Source: Clostridia bacterium (lineage in GTDB: Bacteria > Bacillota > Clostridia > Christensenellales > QALW01). From it: a stretch of DNA of 64,000 nucleotides. The position numbers were made by a program, and so were the translations under genes. The notes beneath the pieces are model-generated. The model did not search any database. It was given only the letters and a program-made list of their open reading frames with translations, and was not told the DNA's origin. The stretch lies in contig JAZQII010000059.1 in the NCBI GenBank assembly GCA_045541035.1, positions 899 to 64,898 on the forward strand. The letters are read 5' to 3'. Below, piece by piece: positions 57,062 to 64,000 of this stretch (positions are counted from its first letter, which is position 1; each line of letters starts with the position of its first letter).

Positions 57062-59512
57062 ATGAAATTTGCTTTTTCAACCGAAAACGTAAAGGCACTT
57101 TCGTTTTTGGAATATTGTAATATAACAAGTCAATACGGCTTTCAGGGGTTTGAGATCGCCGATCCCTTTAATGAGAAAAAAGATCATGACGACAGCGTTT
57201 TTCATTCTTCACAGATGAATGCGTCAAAAAGAAAACTTGTAAACCGCCACATTGATATAAGCGTGGTATCATTTCCAAAAAAGATAGATAAAAATACCGA
57301 CGCTGAACAACTTAAAAAAGCCGTTGAAATGGCGGCTATGGCAGGAGTTGGTAAAGTTTGCGTTTCTTTTTCGGAGATTCCTGAAGAAGAAACACTTAAA
57401 AATATTTTTGCGCCTGCTGTGGCTATTGCCGAAAGGTACGATATGTCAATTCTTATTGAAACTGACGGCGTACTTTCCGATACTAAAAAGGTTCTTGATG
57501 TTATAAACGTTTTCAGCAATGCTGTTTTCGGCGTTTCCTGGAACATTCGCGAAACGTACTTTAACCATAAAGAATCTGCCGATGAAACAATTCAGACTTT
57601 AGGCGCATATATAGAATATGTAAGAATCGGTGATAAAAAGGGCGAAAACAACGTTTTGATGGGCGAGGGTGAATTACCTGTTAAAGACTTCGTAAACGCC
57701 TTAAAAAGCCTTAATTTTGACGGTTACGTTTGTGCTTTATGGAATGATGAAATTACAGATCCCGATATTGTGCTTACACATTTTATCAGTTTTATGCAGA
57801 ACAGCGAAACAAAAGAGACTGAAGAAATTCACTATAACAGATCGAAAACGGGCACTTTCCCTTGGAAGAGATATGATGTTTTAAATATCACTTTTTCTGA
57901 AGTTCTTGATACAATGGTAGAAAAGTATCCCGATCAGTATGCTTTTAAATATACTACTCTTGATTATACGAGAACTTACTCTCAATTCCGCGATGACGTT
58001 GATAAAGTTGCGGCAGCGCTTATTTCTTTAGGTGTAAAACCAGGTCATCACGTTGCTATCTGGGCAACAAACGTGCCCCAATGGTTCTTAACTTTCTGGG
58101 CATCGGTTAAGATCGGCGCAGTTTTGGTAACTGTAAACACCGCATATAAAATTCATGAAGTTGAATATCTTTTAAGACAGTCCGATACCCATACTCTTGT
58201 TATGATAGAGGATTGTAAGGATTCTAACTATAAAGAAATTATCGAGGAACTTTGCCCCGAACTTAAAAATATTGAGCCGGGCAAACCCTTATATTCAAAA
58301 GCATTGCCGTTCTTAAGAAACGTTGTTTCAGTTGGATTTAATATGGACGGTTGTCTTGAATGGGATGATTTTATGAAGCGCAGCGATCTTGTTCCAAGAG
58401 AAGAAGTGCGCAGACGTGCTTCCATGGTTAAGCCTGATGACGTATGTAATATGCAGTATACTTCAGGTACAACGGGATTCCCCAAGGGCGTTATGCTTAC
58501 CCATAACAACATTATCAATAACGGCAAGATAATCGGCGACAGAATGGATACTTCTACCGCTGACAGAATGATGATTCAAGTGCCTATGTTCCATTGCTTC
58601 GGCATGGTACTTTCAATGACTAATATGATGACCCACGGCGGAACTATCTGCCCGATGCCGTATTTCTCGCCAAAATCATCTCTTGCATGTATCCACAACG
58701 AGAAGATAACGTGCTTTAACGGTGTTCCCACCATGTTTATTGCAATGTTCAATCATGAGGATTTTGCAAAAACAGATTTTTCACATATCAGAACGGGCAT
58801 TATGGCAGGCGCAAACTGTCCTGCTGATCTTATGCGCCGCGCTGCTGACGAAATGAACATGAAAGAGATTATAAGTGTTTATGGTCAGACGGAAGCATCT
58901 CCCGGTTGCACTATGGGCGAAGTAAACGAAGATATCGATCACCGCGTTGAAACGGTAGGCAGTGCTTTCCCCGGTGTTGAATGTAAGATTATTGATCCTG
59001 AAACGGGAGAAGAATTGCCTGACGGTGAAAACGGTGAGTTCGTTGCACGCGGCTATAATATTATGAAAGGATATTATAAAATGCCAAAGGCAACGGAGCA
59101 GACCATTGATAAAGACGGTTGGCTTCATTCAGGTGATATCTGTATGAGAACACCTGACGGATACTATAAGGTTACGGGCCGCTTAAAAGATATGATCATT
59201 CGCGGCGGTGAAAACCTTTATCCAAGAGAGATAGAAGAATTTTATCTTACTCACGAAAAAGTCCGCGACGTTCAGGTAGTCGGTGTTCCCGATGAACGCT
59301 ATGGCGAAGAAGCCTGCGCCTGGATAATTATTAACGAGGGCGAAACAAGCGACGAAAATGAAATGCGCGCCTACGGTGATTCCCATATGGCAAAGCACAA
59401 AGTTCCCAGATATTTTGTGTTTACCAAGGAATTTCCAATGAATGCGGCAGGTAAAATTCTTAAATATAAGATGCGCGATCAGTCTATTGAAATTTTAGGC
59501 TTAAAAAAATAA
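57062..59512 (+). CDS. Fusion of a xylose-isomerase-like (AP_endonuc_2) barrel and an AMP-forming acyl-CoA synthetase
   Basis: QYTSGTTGFPKG, YGQTE, GWLHSGD, RLKDMIIRGGENLYP and NAAGKILK motifs; about 255-aa TIM-barrel N-terminus. Confidence 0.88.
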   Translation: MKFAFSTENVKALSFLEYCNITSQYGFQGFEIADPFNEKKDHDDSVFHSSQMNASKRKLVNRHIDISVVSFPKKIDKNTDAEQLKKAVEMAAMAGVGKVCVSFSEIPEEETLKNIFAPAVAIAERYDMSILIETDGVLSDTKKVLDVINVFSNAVFGVSWNIRETYFNHKESADETIQTLGAYIEYVRIGDKKGENNVLMGEGELPVKDFVNALKSLNFDGYVCALWNDEITDPDIVLTHFISFMQNSETKETEEIHYNRSKTGTFPWKRYDVLNITFSEVLDTMVEKYPDQYAFKYTTLDYTRTYSQFRDDVDKVAAALISLGVKPGHHVAIWATNVPQWFLTFWASVKIGAVLVTVNTAYKIHEVEYLLRQSDTHTLVMIEDCKDSNYKEIIEELCPELKNIEPGKPLYSKALPFLRNVVSVGFNMDGCLEWDDFMKRSDLVPREEVRRRASMVKPDDVCNMQYTSGTTGFPKGVMLTHNNIINNGKIIGDRMDTSTADRMMIQVPMFHCFGMVLSMTNMMTHGGTICPMPYFSPKSSLACIHNEKITCFNGVPTMFIAMFNHEDFAKTDFSHIRTGIMAGANCPADLMRRAADEMNMKEIISVYGQTEASPGCTMGEVNEDIDHRVETVGSAFPGVECKIIDPETGEELPDGENGEFVARGYNIMKGYYKMPKATEQTIDKDGWLHSGDICMRTPDGYYKVTGRLKDMIIRGGENLYPREIEEFYLTHEKVRDVQVVGVPDERYGEEACAWIIINEGETSDENEMRAYGDSHMAKHKVPRYFVFTKEFPMNAAGKILKYKMRDQSIEILGLKK

Positions 59513-59521
59513 AAAAAACAG

Positions 59522-59550
59522 TTGACAAGATAAAAACATCGTGCTAAAAT
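59522..59550 (+). promoter_or_regulatory. SigA promoter of the Ile T-box leader
   Basis: TTGACA-17 bp-TAAAAT with TG extension. Confidence 0.8.
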
Positions 59551-59571
59551 TCATACATAATTAAATATAAA

Positions 59572-59840
59572 GGCTATGACGAAGACGGAACCAATCAAGG
59601 TTTCACAGAGAGTCGGGGCAGGTGGAAGCCCGATAAACAAAGGTTGTTATTCCTATCACTTCTGAGCTGAAGATCCGAAAAAATATTTGTAGGCGTCTTC
59701 CGTGATTGCTGCGTAAAGGCATCGGGCTTGTAGGAGCTTTAAGGGGTACGGGTCATACCGTGCAAATTGAGTGGTACCGCGGGTATTGTTAAAAAACATG
59801 ACTCGTCTCAATGATTTTTGAGACGGGTCTTTTTATTTTT
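59572..59840 (+). ncRNA. T-box riboswitch, Ile specifier (AUC at 59655-59657)
   Basis: GGCTATGACGAAG/CTTCTGAGC K-turn, CAGAGAG, GGTGGAAG loop, T-box AAATTGAGTGGTACCGCGG (59764-59782), terminator 59800-59840. Confidence 0.92.
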
Positions 59841-59862
59841 AAAAGAAAAGGAGAGAGCAAAA

Positions 59863-62130
59863 ATGGACACAAACAACACTATGACAAGACTTTCGGAGAT
59901 AGCTTCGCGAATTAAGGAGATGCGCGAGATTATGGGCTATTCCCAAAGTGAAATGGCAGAAAAAACTGAAGTTACACTTGATGCTTACGTTCAGTACGAA
60001 GGCGGTGTGGCTGACATTCCTTTTACTTTTATTCATAAGTGCGCACTTGTTTTTGACGTTGAACTTTCAGAACTTCTTGAAGGTAAAGGTGCACACCTTT
60101 CGGGCTATACCGTAACAAGAAAAGGTCAAGGTCAGGTTACCGCTAAAGAAGAGGGTATTGATATTAAAAACCTTGCACCTAAATTCCGTGATAAAATTGC
60201 TGAGCCTTATATGGTTCGCTATGAATATTCTCTTGATCAGCAGAACAAACCTATCCATTTAACGAAACACTCAGGTCAGGAATTTGATCTTGTGCTTTCA
60301 GGTTCCTTAAAGGTGCAGGTAGGTGATAATACCGAGGTTCTTCATGAAGGAGACAGTATCTATTACAATTCATCAACACCTCACGGAATGATTGCTGTTG
60401 ACGGCAAGGAATGTATTTTCTGCGCAGTTGTTCTTCCCGGAGAAGACACAAAGGAAGAAGAAGTTCGTGAAAGCATCGTTTCTGCAAAAACTTCAGAAAC
60501 GCTTATCTGTGAAAAGTTCGTAAAATGTCAGGAAGACGAAAAAGGCGTTTTACAGAATATTGAATTTAAAAACACCGATACTTTCAACTTCGGTTTTGAT
60601 ATAGTTGATGAAATTGCAAATAAATATCCCGATAAACTTGCAATGCTTCACGTTGACAAAAATCACGTTGAGCGCAGATTTACCTTTAAAGATATAAAGC
60701 GCGCTTCCAACCAGACGGCAAACTATTTTGCTTCCCTTGGTATCAAACGCGGTGATAAAGTAATGCTTGTTTTAAAGCGTCATTATCAGTTCTGGTTCGC
60801 AATGGTTGCACTTCATAAACTTGGCGCAATCGCAATTCCTGCAACCAATCAGTTAAAGGAACATGATTTTGAATATCGTTATAATGCCGCAGGCGTTAAA
60901 GCAATAGTTATCACCTCCGATGGTGACGTTTCCGATATAGCAGAACGCGCCGCAGAAAAATGTCCTCAGGTTGAAACAAAGATAATCGTTGGCACACCTA
61001 AAGAAGGCTGGCACGATTTTAACGAAGAATACGTTCGTTTTTCTGGAAAATTTGAGCGCGAGGAAAATGCTTCGGCAGGCGATGAAGCGGCACTTATGTT
61101 CTTTACTTCAGGAACAACGGGCAATCCCAAAATGGCTTCACACAAGCACACTTATGCTTTAGGTCATTTCGTTACCGCAAAATATTGGCATTGCTGTGAG
61201 CGTGACGGACTTCACCTTACCATTTCCGATACCGGTTGGGGTAAATCTCTTTGGGGTAAACTTTACGGTCAGTGGCTTTGCGAAGGCGCAGTTTTCGTTT
61301 ATGACTTTGACCGTTTTGATGCTCAGGATATTTTGCCTATGTTCAAAAAGTACAACATCACAACATTCTGCGCACCGCCTACAATGCTCAGAATGTTCAT
61401 AAAAGACGATCTTTCCAAGTTTGATCTTTCAAGCATTCACCACATCACAACTGCAGGTGAAGCGCTTAATCCCGAAGTTTATAAGCAATTTAAACTTGCT
61501 ACGGGCCTTGAGATCATGGAAGGCTTCGGTCAGACCGAAACAACACTTACTATCTGCAATCTTCGCGGCACAACGCCCAAGATCGGCTCAATGGGTAAGG
61601 CTTCACCTCAGTATGACGTTGATATCGTTGATCCTGACGGCAACTCACTTCCTGACGGTGAAACGGGTGAGATCGTAATTCACACAGATAAAAGCGTGCC
61701 TTGCGGTCTTTTCAGAGAATATTATCTTGATGATGAAAAGACTAAGGATGCCTGGCATGACGGCATGTATCACACAGGCGATACTGCATGGCGCGATGAA
61801 GACGGTTATTTCTGGTACGTAAGCCGTATTGATGACGTTATCAAGTCTTCAGGTTACAGAATAGGGCCCTTTGAGATCGAAAGCGTTATCATGGAACTTC
61901 CTTACGTTTTAGAGTGCGGTGTTTCCGCGGCGCCTGACGAGATCCGCGGTCAGGTAGTTAAAGCAAGCATAGTTTTAACAAAGGGAACGGTTCCTTCCGA
62001 AGAACTTAAAAAGGAGATTCAGGAGTACGTAAAGAGCCATACTGCACCTTATAAATATCCCAGAATCGTTGTTTTCTGCGATGAACTTCCCAAAACCATA
62101 AGCGGAAAGATCCAGCGTAACAAACTTTAA
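59863..62130 (+). CDS. XRE-HTH-cupin-acyl-CoA synthetase fusion
   Basis: RIKEMRE HTH, HSGQEF..V.SG cupin, then FFTSGTTGNPKM, GFGQTE, YHTGD, SSGYRIGPFEIE and PKTISGKI motifs. Confidence 0.9.
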   Translation: MDTNNTMTRLSEIASRIKEMREIMGYSQSEMAEKTEVTLDAYVQYEGGVADIPFTFIHKCALVFDVELSELLEGKGAHLSGYTVTRKGQGQVTAKEEGIDIKNLAPKFRDKIAEPYMVRYEYSLDQQNKPIHLTKHSGQEFDLVLSGSLKVQVGDNTEVLHEGDSIYYNSSTPHGMIAVDGKECIFCAVVLPGEDTKEEEVRESIVSAKTSETLICEKFVKCQEDEKGVLQNIEFKNTDTFNFGFDIVDEIANKYPDKLAMLHVDKNHVERRFTFKDIKRASNQTANYFASLGIKRGDKVMLVLKRHYQFWFAMVALHKLGAIAIPATNQLKEHDFEYRYNAAGVKAIVITSDGDVSDIAERAAEKCPQVETKIIVGTPKEGWHDFNEEYVRFSGKFEREENASAGDEAALMFFTSGTTGNPKMASHKHTYALGHFVTAKYWHCCERDGLHLTISDTGWGKSLWGKLYGQWLCEGAVFVYDFDRFDAQDILPMFKKYNITTFCAPPTMLRMFIKDDLSKFDLSSIHHITTAGEALNPEVYKQFKLATGLEIMEGFGQTETTLTICNLRGTTPKIGSMGKASPQYDVDIVDPDGNSLPDGETGEIVIHTDKSVPCGLFREYYLDDEKTKDAWHDGMYHTGDTAWRDEDGYFWYVSRIDDVIKSSGYRIGPFEIESVIMELPYVLECGVSAAPDEIRGQVVKASIVLTKGTVPSEELKKEIQEYVKSHTAPYKYPRIVVFCDELPKTISGKIQRNKL

Positions 62131-62138
62131 AAAATCAG

Positions 62139-62168
62139 TTGACAATTTTTTGTGAGATATGATATAAT
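62139..62168 (+). promoter_or_regulatory. SigA promoter of the Val T-box leader
   Basis: TTGACA-18 bp-TATAAT with TG extension. Confidence 0.75.
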
Positions 62169-62183
62169 TCTCATATATTAAAA

Positions 62184-62442
62184 GGCTTTGACGAAGAGGG
62201 AATTATAGCTTCAGTCCAAAGAGAAACGGCGGTTGGTGTAAGCCGTTGTCTGAACTGTGATTTTTGTAGCTTCTGAGCCGAAAGGAAGAAAGAATTTTTA
62301 TTCAAGTAGAACCTTTCCGTTATTGCTGCGTAAATGCATAAGGCTTGTTTGAGTCTGAGGTGGCACAGTTTGTGCAATTTGAGTGGTACCGCGGGTAATG
62401 TTTGCTCGTCTCAAAGTAATCATATCTTTGAGGCGGGCTTTT
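62184..62442 (+). ncRNA. T-box riboswitch, Val specifier (GUA at 62266-62268)
   Basis: GGCTTTGACGAAG/CTTCTGAGCC K-turn, AAGAGA, GGTTGGTGTAAG loop, T-box AATTTGAGTGGTACCGCGG (62376-62394), terminator 62404-62442. Confidence 0.92.
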
Positions 62443-62475
62443 ATTGTTTGCCTGAAGTATTTGGAGGATTATTTT

Positions 62476-64000
62476 ATGAAAACAGCAACCGGTCTTGAAT
62501 TTAAGATTCAGGAAATGGCGCAACGTATTAAAACGCTGCGCGAGATCGTTGGGCTTTCTCAGGAAGAAATGGCTTTAAAAACGGGTGTTTCTTTTGAAGA
62601 ATACGTTGCTTGTGAAGAAGGTAAAGATGATCTTAACTTTGCATTCCTTTACAAGTGCGCTATTGCCCTTAACGTTGACGTTACTGATATTATTGATGGC
62701 TCAAGCCCCCGTCTTGCAGGTTATACTTTAACTCGTAAAGGGGAAGGTCAGGAAATTCAGAAAGCGCACGGCATGACCTATTATAACCTTGCCCCGTCTT
62801 TCAAAAACCGTATTGCCGAGCCGTTGTACGTAGTTTTTCCGTATGATGAAAACTCACAGAACAAGGATATAGAACTTACCACCCACGAAGGTCAGGAATG
62901 TGATATCGTTATTTCAGGTGCTTTGAAAGTGCAGGTTGGCGACCACGTTGAGATTCTTCACGAAGGCGACAGTATTTATTACGATTCATCAAAGCCCCAC
63001 GGCATGATCGCAGTTGAAAATGCTGACTGTATTTTCTATGCATTCGTTCTTAATTCCAATCAGGAAAGCGTTCAGGAACTTGTTCACGGCGGAACACGTG
63101 ATTTTATGTTTGCGCCCAAAAAGAAGAAAGCAAGTTCTGAAAGAAAGCGTGTTTGGGAAGATTTTATTATTCCCGAAGAAGACGAAAACGGCGTTTTAAA
63201 GAAAATATCCTTTAAAAATGAAGATAATTTCAACTTCGCTTTTGATGTTATTGATCGTTTAGGCGAGGAACAGCCTGATAAAACGGCACTTATGCATATC
63301 GGTGTTGACGGAACTGAACACAGATTTACCTTTAAAGAACTTAAACGTGCAAGTTCACAGACCGCCAACTACTTTAAGTCTTTGGGAATTAAAAAAGGCG
63401 ATAAAGTAATGCTTATTTTAAAGCGTCATTATCAGTTCTGGTTCTCAATGATCGCACTTCACAAGATCGGTGCAATAGCAATTCCCGCAACAAATCAGTT
63501 AAAGGAACACGATATTACTTACCGCTTCAATAAAGCAGGGGTAAAGATGATTATCTGTACTTCAGACGGCATCGTTGCAGATGAAGTAGATAAAGCAGAT
63601 GAACTTTCGCCCTCCCTTGAAACAAAGATTATCGTTGGTGCTTCCCGTGAAGGCTGGCATAATTTTGACGAAGAATACAGCCTTTATACCGGTAAACTTG
63701 AGCGCGATGAAAATTCACCTTGTGGCGACGATATGCTGCTTATGTACTTTACTTCAGGTACAACGGGCAATCCTAAACTTGCAATGCACTCATATAAATA
63801 TCCTTTAGGTCATTTTATTACCGCAAAATATTGGCATTGCGTAAATCCCGATGGCTTGCACCTTACCATTTCCGATACAGGTTGGGCAAAAGCCGCATGG
63901 GGTAAGATGTATGGACAGTGGCTCTCAGAAGCAGGCATCTTTGCCTACGACTTTGACCGTTTCGATGCAAACGATATTATGCCAATGTTCGCAAAATATA
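62476..64000 (+). CDS. Second XRE-HTH-cupin-acyl-CoA synthetase fusion (3' truncated by window edge; absent from ORF track)
   Basis: GGAGG RBS, ATG 62476. Hand translation MKTATGLEFKIQEMAQRIKTLREIVG...HEGQEC...KRHYQFW...YFTSGTTGNPK...LTISDTGW stays open to the window end; collinear with 59863..62130. Confidence 0.9.
   Translation, partial: MKTATGLEFKIQEMAQRIKTLREIVGLSQEEMALKTGVSFEEYVACEEGKDDLNFAFLYKCAIALNVDVTDIIDGSSPRLAGYTLTRKGEGQEIQKAHGMTYYNLAPSFKNRIAEPLYVVFPYDENSQNKDIELTTHEGQECDIVISGALKVQVGDHVEILHEGDSIYYDSSKPHGMIAVENADCIFYAFVLNSNQESVQELVHGGTRDFMFAPKKKKASSERKRVWEDFIIPEEDENGVLKKISFKNEDNFNFAFDVIDRLGEEQPDKTALMHIGVDGTEHRFTFKELKRASSQTANYFKSLGIKKGDKVMLILKRHYQFWFSMIALHKIGAIAIPATNQLKEHDITYRFNKAGVKMIICTSDGIVADEVDKADELSPSLETKIIVGASREGWHNFDEEYSLYTGKLERDENSPCGDDMLLMYFTSGTTGNPKLAMHSYKYPLGHFITAKYWHCVNPDGLHLTISDTGWAKAAWGKMYGQWLSEAGIFAYDFDRFDANDIMPMFAKY

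Noticed and set aside
59654-59656. Alternative Tyr (TAT) specifier for the second T-box
   Set aside because: The register shared by all three leaders (codon, one purine, 4-bp stem) gives ATC; TAT would be off by one base.
59818-59862. TTG-started N-terminal extension of the XRE-cupin-synthetase
   Set aside because: It lies within the T-box terminator; the RBS points to ATG 59863.
1-64000. Numerous short or antisense ORFs in the track (e.g. 3930..4526, 18020-type overlaps, 38020..38547, 47884..48501)
   Set aside because: They lie opposite or inside well-supported genes, lack RBSs and show no recognisable motifs; shadow ORFs.

Overview
AT-rich chromosomal window from a Clostridia-like Bacillota (SigH and a CwlD-type amidase suggest a spore-former). 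It holds about 50 coding regions. I found no rRNA, tRNA, CRISPR array, intact transposase or prophage. Layout: 1-5 kb, DUF4432 tail, GT2 and a GH106-like hydrolase. 5.5 kb, a DnaA-box cluster with no dnaA nearby. 6-13 kb, cwlD-like amidase, two-subunit fumarate hydratase, mrnC-rlmB-sigH, MFS, pckG. 13-43 kb, a long carbohydrate-utilisation region (LacI/AraC regulators, GH36, GH127, GH5-like, two GH99-like paralogues, FucU, variant RpiB, NagB, ADP-ribosylglycohydrolase, orphan TIM barrels), interrupted by uppP, the NifU_N/GGGtGRT pair, an XRE/Cys-rich module and short repeats, including a MITE-like element. 43-55 kb, metY-metA and a complete his operon headed by YerC/HisR. 55.4-64 kb is the most striking part. 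Three T-box riboswitches in series read Leu (CUC), Ile (AUC) and Val (GUA), and each controls an AMP-forming acyl-CoA synthetase. The Leu unit also encodes a catalytically dead LeuA that keeps its leucine-binding domain, and a synthetase fused to a degenerate TIM barrel. The Ile and Val units encode paralogous XRE-cupin-synthetase fusions. My inference is an amino-acid-specific system that activates isovalerate, 2-methylbutyrate and isobutyrate for conversion to Leu, Ile and Val. All family assignments come from motif recognition by eye; no database searches were run.
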